Assembly: GCA_963703225.1 (NCBI GenBank)
Contig: OY969801.1
Span: 2,272,001 to 2,336,000, forward strand
Direction of reading: 5' to 3'
DNA from: Candidatus Eiseniibacteriota bacterium
GTDB lineage: Bacteria > Eisenbacteria > RBG-16-71-46 > SZUA-252
DNA: 64,000 bases
Shown piece after piece: positions 9,814 through 20,730 of the stretch. The first letter of the stretch is position 1, and the number at the start of each line of letters is the position of its first letter. Under the pieces are notes generated by a model, which had not been told where the DNA came from, made no database searches, and worked only from the letters and a program-made list of their open reading frames with translations. The translations under genes and the position numbers were made by a program.

Positions 9814-12075
9814 TCAGGTGAACCGGGGTCGGAAATTGTTGAGCGACTCGTACGGGTCGGGCCACGTCAACGGATGCCCCAGCTCGTACGCCGCGTGCCG
9901 CGTCCAGTATGGATCCCAGAGGTGAGCGCGAGCCAGGAGGCAGAGATCGGCCCGGCCCGCGGCGAGGATCGTGTTCACGTCGGCGTAGGAGGAGATATTC
10001 CCCACCGCCATGGTCGCGATCCCCACCTCATGCCGGATCCGATCCGCGAACGGCGTCTGGAAGAGCCGCCCGTAAACCGGGCGCTGGTCGGCCACCGTCT
10101 GCCCGGCGGAGACGTCGACGACGTCGCATCCGTGATCCCGGAGCATCCGCGCCACGCCCACCGCGTCCTCGGGGCCGTGCCCCCCGGGATACCAGTCGAC
10201 GGCCGAGATGCGCACCGACATCGGCCGTTCCTGCGGCCACGCCGCGCGCACCGCGTCGAACACCTCGAGCGGGAACCGCATCCGGTTCTCCAGCGATCCG
10301 CCGTAGATATCGGACCGTCGGTTGGTGAGCGGTGAAATGAAGCTCGCGAGCAGGTAGCCATGGGCCATGTGGATCTCCAGCATGTCGAACCCGGCCGTGA
10401 CCGCGAGCCCAGCGGCCCGCGCGTAATCGGCGACCACTCGGTCCATGTCCGCGCGCGTCATCTCCTTGGGCACCTGGCTTTGCGGATAATAGGGGATCGC
10501 GGAGGGCGCGACGATCGGCCAGTTGCCCGACGGCAGGGGCTCGTTGTCCCCCTCCCAGGAGCGCCGGGTCGATGCCTTCCGTCCCGCGTGCCCCAGCTGC
10601 ATCGCGACCTTCGCCTGGGAATGGCCGTGAATGAACTCGACGATCCGTTTCCAGGCGGCCGCGTGCGCCGGCGAGTAGATCCCCGTGCACCCCGGGGAGA
10701 TGCGCGCTTCCGGGCTCACGTCGGTCATCTCCGCGAACACGAGCCCCGCCCCGCCGATGGCCCGGGAGCCGAGGTGAACGAGGTGCCAGTCGTTGGGCAT
10801 CCCGTCGACCGCCGAATACTGGCACATGGGCGAGACGGCGACACGGTTCGCCAACCGGAGATCGCGCAGGCGAAGCGGCGTGAACATCGGCGGCGGCGCG
10901 CCGGCCGCCGCGACGGGGGCACCGGGCGCCCCGGCCTTCCGCGCCGCTTCCGCGGCAAACCAACCGTCGACCGCGGCGACGAACTTCGGGTCCCGCTCCT
11001 TCAGATTCTGATGTGTCACCCGAAGACTCCGGGTCAACAGGGCGAACGCGAACTGGATCGGCTCGAGCTTCATGTAGCGCTCCGTGTCCTCGAACCACTG
11101 GAGCGAAGCCTGCGCGGCGCGCTGCAAGCTCTCGACCGGGGGCCGACGTGCCGCCTCGTACGCGGCGAGGGCGGACGGAATGTCGGGCTGGCCCTTCAGG
11201 GCATCGACGAGGGCGATGGCGTCTTCCATCGCGAGCTTGGTCCCGGAGCCGACCGAGAAATGGGCGGTATGCGCCGCGTCGCCGGCCAAAACCACGTTCC
11301 CGTGGTGCCAGCGCTCATTTCGGATCGTCGGAAAGCTCCTCCAGACCGACCGGTTCGAGAGAAGGCGGTGGCCGTCCAGCTCCTCCGCGAACAAGCGCTC
11401 GCAGAAGGCGATCGTCTCCGCTTCGGTGGCCCGTTCCAGTCCCGCGGCGCGCCAGGTCGGTTCGCGCGCCTCGACGATGAAGGTCGAGTGGGTTCGATCG
11501 TACTGGTAGGCGTGCACCCGCCACAGCCCATGTGCGTCGCCTTTGAAATAGAAGGTGAACGCCGGGAACGGCTTCGTCGTGCCGAGCCAGACGAACCGGT
11601 TGGGCCGGATGTCCACGGAGGGATGAAAGTGATCGCGATAGCGCTCGCGGACCAGAGAGTTGGCGCCGTCCGAGGCGATCACGATGTCGGCATCGCGCAC
11701 CTGCTCGGGATCGACCACCTCGCGCTGAAAACAGACCTTGGCGCCGACTTCCTGGCATCGGTCGGCCAAGATCTGGAGCAGGACCCGTCGCGACAGCCCC
11801 GAAAACCCGTGGCCCCCCGAAGTCAGCGTGGCTCCTTGATAGTGGACCTCGATATCGTCCCACCGGTGGCAGCGGGCCGCCATCGCGTCGGTGACGGCGG
11901 GATCCGCGTGCGCCAACGCCTCCTCGGTCGCGTCCGAGAAGACGACGCCGAATCCGAAGGTGTCGTCGAGGCGGTTTCGCTCGTAGACCTCCACCTGGTG
12001 CCCCGGATCGGCCTTCTTGAGGAGGATGGCCAAGAAGAGCCCGGCGGGCCCACCGCCGATGCAGACGGCCCTCAC
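9814..12075 (-). CDS. abmA: Anthraniloyl-CoA (2-aminobenzoyl-CoA) monooxygenase/reductase; bifunctional salicylyl-CoA 5-hydroxylase family
   Basis: N-terminal FAD monooxygenase ([36 protein letters not shown]) fused to OYE-like domain ([16 protein letters not shown]); GTG at 12075. Confidence 0.92.
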   Translation of the reverse strand: MRAVCIGGGPAGLFLAILLKKADPGHQVEVYERNRLDDTFGFGVVFSDATEEALAHADPAVTDAMAARCHRWDDIEVHYQGATLTSGGHGFSGLSRRVLLQILADRCQEVGAKVCFQREVVDPEQVRDADIVIASDGANSLVRERYRDHFHPSVDIRPNRFVWLGTTKPFPAFTFYFKGDAHGLWRVHAYQYDRTHSTFIVEAREPTWRAAGLERATEAETIAFCERLFAEELDGHRLLSNRSVWRSFPTIRNERWHHGNVVLAGDAAHTAHFSVGSGTKLAMEDAIALVDALKGQPDIPSALAAYEAARRPPVESLQRAAQASLQWFEDTERYMKLEPIQFAFALLTRSLRVTHQNLKERDPKFVAAVDGWFAAEAARKAGAPGAPVAAAGAPPPMFTPLRLRDLRLANRVAVSPMCQYSAVDGMPNDWHLVHLGSRAIGGAGLVFAEMTDVSPEARISPGCTGIYSPAHAAAWKRIVEFIHGHSQAKVAMQLGHAGRKASTRRSWEGDNEPLPSGNWPIVAPSAIPYYPQSQVPKEMTRADMDRVVADYARAAGLAVTAGFDMLEIHMAHGYLLASFISPLTNRRSDIYGGSLENRMRFPLEVFDAVRAAWPQERPMSVRISAVDWYPGGHGPEDAVGVARMLRDHGCDVVDVSAGQTVADQRPVYGRLFQTPFADRIRHEVGIATMAVGNISSYADVNTILAAGRADLCLLARAHLWDPYWTRHAAYELGHPLTWPDPYESLNNFRPRFT

Positions 12076-13226
12076 GTCGTGGCTTCCTTCATCAGCGCGT
12101 CGGCGATGACCAGGTGCTGGATCTCGGTGGTCCCCTCGTAGATCCGGAGCGCCCTCACCGATCGGTAGAGCCGATCCACCGGGTGGGATCGAAGCACGCC
12201 CGATCCGCCGAGGATCTGGACCGCGTCGTCCACGATCCGCTGCGCCGCCTCGGTGGCGAACGCCTTCGCCATCGCCGCTTCCAGGGTCACCCGCTCGGCA
12301 CCCTGATCGGCGGCCCACGCCGCGCGGTAGGTAAGGAGGCGCGCCGCCGTGAGATCGGTGGCCATTCTCGCGAGCTTCTCCTGGATGAGCTGAAATTCGG
12401 AGAGGGGTTTCCCGAACTGCGCCCGCCCCCTCGCGTGCCGGACCGCTTCTTCGAGCGCGCGCGCCGCCATCCCGCACGCGGCCGCACCCACCGTGGCGCG
12501 GAGCCGGTCGAGGGTCTTCAGGCCGAGGGCAAACCCGCGTCCCTCGTCGCCGAGCCGATTCTCCGCGGGCACGCGGCACTCCTCGAACTCGATCTCGCCG
12601 AGCGGGTGCGCGGCCGAAAGGATCTGCGGGCCCCGGAACGCGACGCCGCGCGCGTCGGCGGGGACGACGAAGCAGGAGATCCCCTTGCTTCCCGCCTTGG
12701 GCTCGGTCGAGGCGAAGACGCTGTAGAAATCGGCGATTCCCGCGTTCGAGATCAACGTCTTGGAGCCGTTCAGCACGTAGCTCCCGCCGTCGCGTCGCGC
12801 GGTGGTCGCGATGGCCGCGACGTCGGAGCCCGCGCCCCGTTCGGTCATCGCGAAGGCGCCCATCGCCCGGCCGCTGATCGCGTCGGCGGCCCACCGAGCG
12901 CGCATCGCGTCGTTTCCGGAAAGCAGGATCGCGACGGTCCCGAGCCCCTGGAGCGCGAAGACCGCATCGGCGAGCGGGGATGCGGCGGCGAGCGACTCGC
13001 GGACGATGCAGCAGCCGCGCCAATCCTGCGCGCCGATCGGCTGAAGCCACCCCGCGCCGCCCAGCTCGAGGAGCAGCGATCTCGCTTCGCGGCGCGCCGC
13101 GGCGTCGTCCTCGGGCTCCGGACGCGGCGCGATTTTCCGCGCGGCGTACTCACCCACCTGCGGCGCGAGCGCGGCGTGGCGCTCCTCGAGGAAGGGGCGG
13201 ATCGGCCGGAGGTCCGGGATCGGCAT
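12072..13226 (-). CDS. Acyl-CoA dehydrogenase
   Basis: [46 protein letters not shown] at 13226 overlaps the upstream stop. Confidence 0.92.
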   Translation of the reverse strand: MPIPDLRPIRPFLEERHAALAPQVGEYAARKIAPRPEPEDDAAARREARSLLLELGGAGWLQPIGAQDWRGCCIVRESLAAASPLADAVFALQGLGTVAILLSGNDAMRARWAADAISGRAMGAFAMTERGAGSDVAAIATTARRDGGSYVLNGSKTLISNAGIADFYSVFASTEPKAGSKGISCFVVPADARGVAFRGPQILSAAHPLGEIEFEECRVPAENRLGDEGRGFALGLKTLDRLRATVGAAACGMAARALEEAVRHARGRAQFGKPLSEFQLIQEKLARMATDLTAARLLTYRAAWAADQGAERVTLEAAMAKAFATEAAQRIVDDAVQILGGSGVLRSHPVDRLYRSVRALRIYEGTTEIQHLVIADALMKEATT

Positions 13227-14026
13227 CAGCGGAAGTTCGGCTCCCGCTTGGCGCGGAACGCCTCGTAGGCCTCGCGGAAGTTCGGATGCTCCATCAGCTC
13301 GGCCTGGACGTCCGCCTCGTGGACGAGCGCGGCCTCCAGATCGAGGGTGAACTCGGCGTCGAGAGCGGCCTTGGTGACCGCGAGGGCCGCCGCGGGCCCG
13401 CGCGCGAGCTTCTCGGCGAGCGCGGTCGCTTCCACGAGCGCCCGACCGTCGGCCACCAGGCGCTGGTAAAGGCCGATCTCGTGCGCCCGCTTCGCGTCGA
13501 TGAACTCGCCGGTCATCAAGAGCTCGGCCGCGCGGCCGACGCCCACGAGCCGCGGCAGAAGCCACGAGGCGCCCATGTCGGCGCCGGAGAGTCCGACCCG
13601 GACGAAGAGAAACGCGATCTTCGCCGACTCGGCCGCGATCCGGATGTCGCACGCCGAGGCGATCACGGCTCCCGCGCCGGCCACGGTGCCGTTGAGCGCC
13701 GCGATCACAGGCCGACGGCAGCGGCGAATGTTGAGAATCAGATCGCAGGTCATCCGCGTGAATTCGCGGAGCCCGGCTGCGTCTCGCGCGAAGAGCGCTC
13801 CGATAATTTCCTCGACGTCTCCCCCGGAGCAGAACGCGCGCCCCGCGCCGGTGAGCACCACCGCCCGGACGCCCGGCTCGGTGTCGAGCGCACGGAAGAG
13901 ATCGCGAAGCTCTGCGTAGACGTCGAAGGTGAGAGCGTTCAGCCGGTCGGGCCGATTCAGGGTGATGGTCGCGACGCCGGTATCGGTCTTCTGCTCGTAG
14001 CGAAACGAGCGGGCCGAGAGCGCCAC
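13226..14026 (-). CDS. Enoyl-CoA hydratase/isomerase family protein
   Basis: LNRPDRLNAL, AFCSGGD, PVIAALNG..AGAG, ACDIRIA. Confidence 0.92.
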   Translation of the reverse strand: MALSARSFRYEQKTDTGVATITLNRPDRLNALTFDVYAELRDLFRALDTEPGVRAVVLTGAGRAFCSGGDVEEIIGALFARDAAGLREFTRMTCDLILNIRRCRRPVIAALNGTVAGAGAVIASACDIRIAAESAKIAFLFVRVGLSGADMGASWLLPRLVGVGRAAELLMTGEFIDAKRAHEIGLYQRLVADGRALVEATALAEKLARGPAAALAVTKAALDAEFTLDLEAALVHEADVQAELMEHPNFREAYEAFRAKREPNFR

Positions 14027-14027
14027 G

Positions 14028-14438
14028 CTAGGAGCCTCCGCCGATCACCGCGGTGGCTTCGATTTCGACCACGCAGCCTGGAGCGACGAGGCCCTTCACC
14101 TCCACCATCGCGACCGCTGGGTAATACGTTTGAAATCGGGCGCGCCACTCCTCGCCGAGCGGCTTGACCCCGCCGTGATAGGCGTTGAGATCGGTCGTGT
14201 AGATCGTGAGCCGGGCGATGTCGGTGGGCTTTCCCCCCGCGGCGCGGACCACCGCGAGCACCTTGTCCAGTGCCCGCGCGAACTGGTCGACGAATCCGGG
14301 TGGGCGTCCCTGGGCCGTCTCCTCCCATCCCGCCTGGCCCGCCACGAACAGGATTCGCCCGCCCGCGGGAGCGAGGATGCCATTGTTCCACCCCCTGTGC
14401 TCGCCCAGCTCCTTGGGGTTTAGGATCTCGAAGGTCAT
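14028..14438 (-). CDS. RidA/YjgF family protein
   Basis: LFVAGQ, YPAVAMVEV..L, VEIEATA. Confidence 0.9.
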   Translation of the reverse strand: MTFEILNPKELGEHRGWNNGILAPAGGRILFVAGQAGWEETAQGRPPGFVDQFARALDKVLAVVRAAGGKPTDIARLTIYTTDLNAYHGGVKPLGEEWRARFQTYYPAVAMVEVKGLVAPGCVVEIEATAVIGGGS

Positions 14439-15220
14439 GACGTGCGAACACCTCCCTTGAGGACGACGGCTTCACCGTTCACCCCCACCGACTCGGCCTG
14501 GCAGAGGCGGAGCACCGCCGCCGCCACCTCCTCGGGGGTGATGAGCCGATCCTGCCCGGTGGTGGCGAGAACCGCCGCGAGCGCCAGGTCCCGGGAAAGG
14601 CCGGCGCGCGATTCGACCAGCGCCAGCGTGCGGTCGGTCATCTGCGTGTCCACGTAGCCCGGGCAGATCGCGTTCACCGTCACCCCGCTTCCCGCGAACT
14701 CCACCGCCAAGGACTTGGTGAAGCCGACCACGGCGTGTTTGGCCGCGCTGTAGTGGGCGATGTACTTGGCCCCCTCGAGCCCGGCGATCGACGCCACGTT
14801 GACCACCCGGCCCCAGCCGCGCTCCAGCATCGCGGGGGTGAACTCCCGCGAACAGAGAAAGGTCGACGTGGCGTTCACCTGGAGCATCCGGTTCCACTCA
14901 TCGAGGGTAATCCGGCGTAACGGCGCCGAAGCCGAGGCCCCGGCATTGTTCACCAAGATGTCCACGGAACCCAGGTGGTAGCGGGCCGCGTCCCCCAGCC
15001 GTCTCACGCTCTGCTCCTCGGTCGCGTCGAAGGCGACGCCCCACGCGTTTAAGCCGCGTGCTCGAAGCTCCCCCGCCGTCTTCTCCACTTCCGCGGCGGT
15101 CCGGGCCGCCACGACGACGCCGGCCCCCGCTTCCGCGAGAGCGAGCGCGACGGCCGCGCCGATGCCGCGCCCTCCCCCGGTGACGACGGCTCCCCTCCCA
15201 TCCAACGGGCCCGCGGTCAC
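14435..15220 (-). CDS. SDR family NAD(P)-dependent oxidoreductase (3-hydroxyacyl-CoA dehydrogenase-like)
   Basis: TGGGRGIG, NNAG, YSAAK, ICPGYVDT. Confidence 0.92.
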   Translation of the reverse strand: MTAGPLDGRGAVVTGGGRGIGAAVALALAEAGAGVVVAARTAAEVEKTAGELRARGLNAWGVAFDATEEQSVRRLGDAARYHLGSVDILVNNAGASASAPLRRITLDEWNRMLQVNATSTFLCSREFTPAMLERGWGRVVNVASIAGLEGAKYIAHYSAAKHAVVGFTKSLAVEFAGSGVTVNAICPGYVDTQMTDRTLALVESRAGLSRDLALAAVLATTGQDRLITPEEVAAAVLRLCQAESVGVNGEAVVLKGGVRTS

Positions 15221-15984
15221 GCCGCACGCCCCTTGGTCAAAGCTCCGAGCACCGCGTCCGCCAGAATGGCGCCGAGCGTCTCGATGGTCGCCCTCCCCTC
15301 TTCCGCGGACGCGTCCGCGGGCCAGCCGAAATAGGCCCGCGGGCCTCCCGCGGCCGCGAACGATGTCTTTCCCTCGCGGATCGCGGTGGAGAGCGAGGCC
15401 GGGTTGGGCGGCAGGGTCCTTTGAATGCCTTCTTTCACCAGGTCGGGCCGGGCGGCAAGAACGATCGACCCTTCATAGCGCCCCGCGTGGCAAGCGCCGC
15501 TCTGAAACTCCTCGCTCAGTCGAGGCGCCCATGGCTTTTGGGTGAGATTCGGACAGATCAGGGAGAGGAGCCTTTCTTCGCGCGCCGCGGCCGCCGCTTC
15601 GGACAGCGCCTTCAAGTGCGCCGGATCCAGATGGGCGTTGGCGATCGCCAGCGCGGCGAAACCGTGGCGCGTCAGCTCGCGGCAGAGATCGACCACGAGG
15701 GCCGTGACGGTCGACGGGGCCAGCGAGAGCGTTCCCTCAAAGCCCGCGCCGAACGGGGCGGCGGTGAACGGAAGCGGCGGCAAGAGCAGGACCCCCATCC
15801 CCTGGGCGGCAATTCGGGAGGCCCCCGCGCGCGCCATCGCCTCGGCGATGACGACGTCGGTCGCGAGCGGGAGGTGGGGCCCGTGGGCCTCCATCGCGCC
15901 CACCGGGAGCACCGCCACGGTCTGCCCGCGGTCCAGATCGCGGACCTCCTCCCACGTCAACTCGGCCAGCTCGCGGATCGCCAT
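15217..15984 (-). CDS. Creatininase/ArfB/MftE-family metal-dependent amidohydrolase
   Basis: LPVGAMEAHGPHLPLATD, NAH, HAGRYEGS, ASAEEG. Confidence 0.9.
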   Translation of the reverse strand: MAIRELAELTWEEVRDLDRGQTVAVLPVGAMEAHGPHLPLATDVVIAEAMARAGASRIAAQGMGVLLLPPLPFTAAPFGAGFEGTLSLAPSTVTALVVDLCRELTRHGFAALAIANAHLDPAHLKALSEAAAAAREERLLSLICPNLTQKPWAPRLSEEFQSGACHAGRYEGSIVLAARPDLVKEGIQRTLPPNPASLSTAIREGKTSFAAAGGPRAYFGWPADASAEEGRATIETLGAILADAVLGALTKGRAA

Positions 15985-16064
15985 GGTCGGGAGCTCCCTG
16001 TGACTCCTCTGTTGCCACTCGCGCCGCGGGCGTACATCATGGGACGGCGTCCCACCAACTTACC

Positions 16065-17586
16065 ATGACCATTGAGCCGCCGGAACGCTTGAACATAGCG
16101 GATCATTTCCTCGATGCCCGGGTACGGGAAGGGCGGGGCTCGCGACCCGCGCTCCGGACCGACGCCGGCACGCTCTCCTATTCCGACGTCCAGGCTCTGG
16201 CCAATCGCTTCGGGAACGCGCTCACGGAAGCCGGGATCGAGCCGGAGCACCGGGTCCTCCTGGCGCTCCCGGACGGACCGGAGTTCGTGGCCGCGCTCTT
16301 CGGCACCCTCAAAGTGGGGGCGGTGGTCGTGATGGTGAACCCGGCGCTTCCGCCGGGCGAGATCGGTTACTTTCTCGAATACACGCGGGCGCGGGTCATC
16401 GTCACCCACAAGGACACCGCGGCCGCGTTCCAGGCGGCCGCGCGGGGATCGCGATTCGCGAAGGCCGTGCTGGTGGTGGGCGACGAAACCTTCGACCGCT
16501 CCGTGGCCCGCGCGCCGGCCTCGCTCGAGGTGTTCCCCTCGCACCGGGACGACCCCGCCATCTGGCTTTTCTCGGGCGGGACCACCGGCCGGCCCAAGGC
16601 GGTCATCCAGACGCACCGCTCCTTCGCGAATACCGCGGAGTGCTACGGCAAGGGCGTGATCGGGTACCGAGAGAGCGACGTGACCCTCTCCGTGCCCAAG
16701 CTCTACTTCGGGTACGCGACCGGGTCGAACCTCTTCTTTCCGTTCGCGGCGGGAGCCGCCGCGGCCCTCTTCCCCGAGGCGCCAACCGCCGAGATCCTCT
16801 TCCGGAGAATCGCCCAGTTTCGCCCGACGATCTTGATCAACGTCCCGACGATGATTCACAAGATGGTCTCCCATCCCGACGCCGGGGCGCAGGACTTCTC
16901 CTCGATTCGCCTCTCGACCTCGGCGGGAGAGGCGCTCCCGGTGGAGCTCCACGAGCGGTGGCGCGAGACGTTCGGCGTCGATCTTCTGGACGGGCTCGGG
17001 ACGGCCGAGATGTGGCACATCTTCATCTCCAACCGGCCGGGCCGCGCCAGGCCGGGCACCCTCGGCACCGTGGTGCCCGGCTTCGAGGTGAAGGTCTGTG
17101 ACGAAGAGGGCAAGGAGCTGGGCCGCGGCGAGACCGGATGGCTCTGGGTCCGCGGCGACTCGCGCGCGATCGCGTACTGGCAGCAGATGGAGAAGACGGC
17201 CCAGGGCTTCCGCGGCGAGTGGTACGTCTCGGGCGACCTCATCACGATGGACGGGGAAGGATATGTGACCTACTGCGGACGCGGGGACGAGATGCTCAAG
17301 GTCTCCGGCAAGTGGCTCGCGCCCCAGGAAGTGGAGGGGTGCCTCCTCCAGCACCCCGGGCGTCGTAGAGGCGGCGGTGGTCGGGGCCACCGACTCGAGC
17401 GGCCTCGTCAAGCCGAGGGCCTACGTCGTGCCCCGCGCGCGGAGGGACGGCCTCGATGAGGAGCTCAAGGCGTTTGTCCGAGAGCGCCTCGAGCCCTACA
17501 AGCATCCGCGCGAGGTGGTCTTCGTCGACTCGCTCCCGCGCACCCATCTGGGGAAGGTGGATCGGGGAAGGCTTCGGATTTCGTGA
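16065..17586 (+). CDS. Benzoate/anthranilate-CoA ligase family; apparent +1 insertion at ~17357
   Basis: [42 protein letters not shown]-terminus (EAAVVG...YKHPR...LPRTHLGK) continues in the next frame to TGA 17586. Confidence 0.9.
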
Positions 17587-18350
17587 TCCACGGCAAGCGC
17601 GTGATCGTGGTCCTGCCCGCCTACAACGCGGCCCGCACCCTGGAGAAAACCTACACCGAGCTTCCGCGGGAGGTGGTCGACGAGGTGATCCTGGTGGACG
17701 ACGCGAGCCGGGACGAGACCTCGCGGATCGCGCAGCGCCTGGGTATCACGACGATCGTCCACGCGAAGAACCTGGGCTACGGCGGGAACCAGAAGACCTG
17801 CTACCGGAACGCCCTGGCGCGCGGCGCCGACGTGGTGATCATGGTCCACCCCGACTACCAGTACACGCCCGCGCTCGTGACCGCGATGGCCTCGATGGTC
17901 GGGACGGGACTCTACGACTCGGTGCTCGGATCCCGGATCATCGGCGGGGGTGCGCTTCGCGGCGGGATGCCGCTCTACAAGTACGTCGCCAATCGAATCC
18001 TCACCGCGATCGAGAATCTCGCGACGGGCCGCAAGCTGTCCGAGTACCACACGGGGTACCGCGCGTTCAGCCGGAAGGTGCTCGAGACGCTCCCCTTGGA
18101 GGAGAACTCGAACGATTTCGTCTTCGACAACGAGATGCTGGCCCAGATCATCGCGTTCGACTACTCGATCGGGGAGGTGAGCTGCCCCACCCGGTACTTC
18201 GAGGAGGCCTCGAGCATCTCGTTTCCCCGCGCCGTTCGCTACGGTCTCGGCGTCTTGAACGTCTCGCTCAAGCTCTGGCTCCACCGCGTGGGACTGAAGC
18301 GCGACAGGCTGTTTGCGCGCGACGGGCGGCGCCTGAACTCCACTCCATGA
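17583..18350 (+). CDS. GT2 glycosyltransferase, polyprenol-phosphate glycosyl (DPM1-like) family
   Basis: [45 protein letters not shown]. Confidence 0.9.
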   Translation: MIHGKRVIVVLPAYNAARTLEKTYTELPREVVDEVILVDDASRDETSRIAQRLGITTIVHAKNLGYGGNQKTCYRNALARGADVVIMVHPDYQYTPALVTAMASMVGTGLYDSVLGSRIIGGGALRGGMPLYKYVANRILTAIENLATGRKLSEYHTGYRAFSRKVLETLPLEENSNDFVFDNEMLAQIIAFDYSIGEVSCPTRYFEEASSISFPRAVRYGLGVLNVSLKLWLHRVGLKRDRLFARDGRRLNSTP

Positions 18351-20029
18351 CCCGGAGAAGACCGCGACGGCCTCCGAAGGGCGCTCCCGCGGGGGTGAGG
18401 CGCGACCCGATCCGCCTGGGTCCGTCCATCCCGCCGGCGGTCCAGGCCCTGGCGGCCATTGCGGTCTTCACCGCGGCGCTCCTGGTCTATCTCCCCACGC
18501 TCCGCTTTGGGTTTCTGACCAGCTGGGACGATCCGACGTACGTCGTCGACAACCCATGGATCCGGGGATTCACGCGAGAGAACCTGGCCTTCGTCTTCAC
18601 CCACCCCTACTTCTCGAACTTTCTTCCCCTCCACCTGGTCTCGTACATGGTGGATTACAGCTATTGGAAGCTGAATCCGTTCGGGTACCACCTCCAGTCG
18701 GTGCTCTTGAACGCGGTGAACGCGGCGCTCGCGCTCTGGGTCGTCCGGCGACTCCTCGGGAGCTTCCTTCCGGCCTTTATCGCCGCGCTACTCTTCGCGG
18801 TGCATCCGTCGCACGTCGAGGCCGTGGCGTGGGTGTCGATCCGGAAGGACATCCTCTCGACCACCTTTCTCCTCCTGACCGTGCACTTCTACCTTCGCGC
18901 GATCGGCGGAAGGTCGCTTCGCCCGGGTCCGTACGTCGCTTCCGTCCTTTGTTTCACGCTCGGCCTCCTCTCCAAGGTGAGCATCGTCGCCCTACCCCTG
19001 TTCCTGCTGCTGGTCGATGCGATCCCGATGAATCATCGGCGGCCGACGGGCTGGAGAGCGGCGCTCCTGAACAAGATTCCCTACGGGCTCGTCGGGCTTG
19101 TCCTCATCCGATTGAACATGATGGCCCAGGTAAAGGCGCAGGCGGCTTACGCCCACGACCCGATCCTGTACCTGATGGTGAAAGGCCACGCGGTCTGGAA
19201 TAACCTCGCGCTCTTGACCGGTCTGCCGATGGGGAGACCGGTCTACGACACGCCCCAGTTCGCGGCCTCGCTCTGGCCCGCGGTGTCGAATCTCGCGGGG
19301 CTCCTGATTCTTCCGCTCCTGGTCTGGCTCGCGTGGCGCCGCGGTTGGCGCGAGCTGGCGCTCGGGACGGGATGGGTCTTCGCCCTCATCCTGCCCGCGA
19401 TCCTCTTCCCGCTCGTGACCTACATGGCCGACCGCTACCTCTACGCGCCGTCTCTCGGATTTTGCTGGTGCCTCGCCGGGGCGATCCTATGGCTCGGGGC
19501 GCGCGGCGGCGGCGGCGCCATCCGCGCGGGGGTCGTGGCTCTGCTCGCCATCCTCGTCTTCGCCGGCTTTGTCCATCGCACCCTCGAGTACAGCCGCGTT
19601 TGGTCGAGCGGGGAGGCGCTCTGGTCCTACGCCATCAAGCGGAGCAGCGATTACCGCGTCCGGAACAACATGGCGCAGGCGAGAATGGGCCAGAAGCGCT
19701 ACGCCGAGGCGGAGAAGCTCTACCGTCAGGCCTCCGAGGTGGAAAATTTCGTCTCGTATCAGGGCATCGCGGCGGTCTGCTACGACACCCAGCGCTACCC
19801 GGAGGCGGAGCAGGCCATCGATCGCGCGCTGGAGATCGCGCGGCGGCGCGGCGGCGACTACTTCGACATCTCGGAGATCGAGTACACGCGGGGCGCGATC
19901 CAGTGGGTGCAGGGCCGGAACCAGGAAGCGATCGCGTCATGGGAGGAGGCGCTGCGGGTCAACCCGCGGCACGAGCAGGCGCGCTCGTGGCTCGACACGG
20001 CGCGCGGGCAATCGACAACGACGAGGTAA
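18347..20029 (+). CDS. TMTC-like multi-pass GT-C membrane glycosyltransferase with C-terminal TPR repeats
   Basis: WDD loop after TM1, [38 protein letters not shown]...LW followed by TPRs; ATG 18347 overlaps the GT2 stop. Confidence 0.82.
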   Translation: MTRRRPRRPPKGAPAGVRRDPIRLGPSIPPAVQALAAIAVFTAALLVYLPTLRFGFLTSWDDPTYVVDNPWIRGFTRENLAFVFTHPYFSNFLPLHLVSYMVDYSYWKLNPFGYHLQSVLLNAVNAALALWVVRRLLGSFLPAFIAALLFAVHPSHVEAVAWVSIRKDILSTTFLLLTVHFYLRAIGGRSLRPGPYVASVLCFTLGLLSKVSIVALPLFLLLVDAIPMNHRRPTGWRAALLNKIPYGLVGLVLIRLNMMAQVKAQAAYAHDPILYLMVKGHAVWNNLALLTGLPMGRPVYDTPQFAASLWPAVSNLAGLLILPLLVWLAWRRGWRELALGTGWVFALILPAILFPLVTYMADRYLYAPSLGFCWCLAGAILWLGARGGGGAIRAGVVALLAILVFAGFVHRTLEYSRVWSSGEALWSYAIKRSSDYRVRNNMAQARMGQKRYAEAEKLYRQASEVENFVSYQGIAAVCYDTQRYPEAEQAIDRALEIARRRGGDYFDISEIEYTRGAIQWVQGRNQEAIASWEEALRVNPRHEQARSWLDTARGQSTTTR

Positions 20030-20035
20030 CCCACC

Positions 20036-20606
20036 ATGTTCCTCGGACATTTCGCGGTGGGAATGGCCGCCAAGCGCGCGGCACCCAAGGTATCGCTCGG
20101 GACTCTGCTACCCCTGGTCCCACAGCCTACTCATGACCCTTGTCTGGGCCCTGCTGGTCGGATGGGTCTACCGCGCGAGAAAGGGCGATCCCATGGGGGC
20201 TCTCTGGGTGGGCCTCTGCGTGGTGAGCCACTGGGTGCTCGACTGGATCTCCCACCGGCCCGACCTCCCGCTCTACCCGGGAGGCGGGCCCAAGTTGGGA
20301 CTGGGGCTTTGGTACTCGGTCCCCGCCACGCTCCTGGTGGAGGGTCTGCTCTTCGCGACGGGAATCTGGATCTACATCGCGACGACCCGCGCGAAGGACC
20401 GAGTCGGCAGCATCGCCTTCTGGGTGCTCATGGCGGTTCTCGCCGGCCTTTACGCCATGGCCTCCGCGGCGCCCCCTCCTCCCAACATGAAGGCAATCGC
20501 CATCACGGACATCGCGCTGGTGGGGATCTTCGCTTGGGCCGCGTGGGCTGACCGGCACCGCGCGTTAAGGGCGGCACCGGTCGCCCTGTCGGCGACGGCC
20601 GTTTAG
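20036..20606 (+). pseudogene. Membrane-bound metal-dependent hydrolase-like gene broken by a frameshifting internal deletion at ~20108
   Basis: MFLGH...SLGTL in one frame joins directly to YPWSHSL...SHWVLDWISHRPDLP in another frame. Confidence 0.65.
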
Positions 20607-20730
20607 GAGACCACTCGATACCGCCTGGGCGGCGCATGAAGTCGTCCTTGGGAACCCCTCCCGCCGGGTGTACCCTGGCGCTCCGCCCATCCGGGCCGAA
20701 CGCCCCAAGGCCGGGGCAGCGGGAGGAACC

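Noticed and set aside
9814..13652. 1078-aa and 526-aa ORF calls suggesting extended or fused proteins
   Set aside because: The N-terminal extensions are off-frame read-through of neighbouring genes; real starts are at 12075 and 13226 with stop/start overlaps. The same applies to ORFs 17456-20029, 49301-50689 and 52624-53919.
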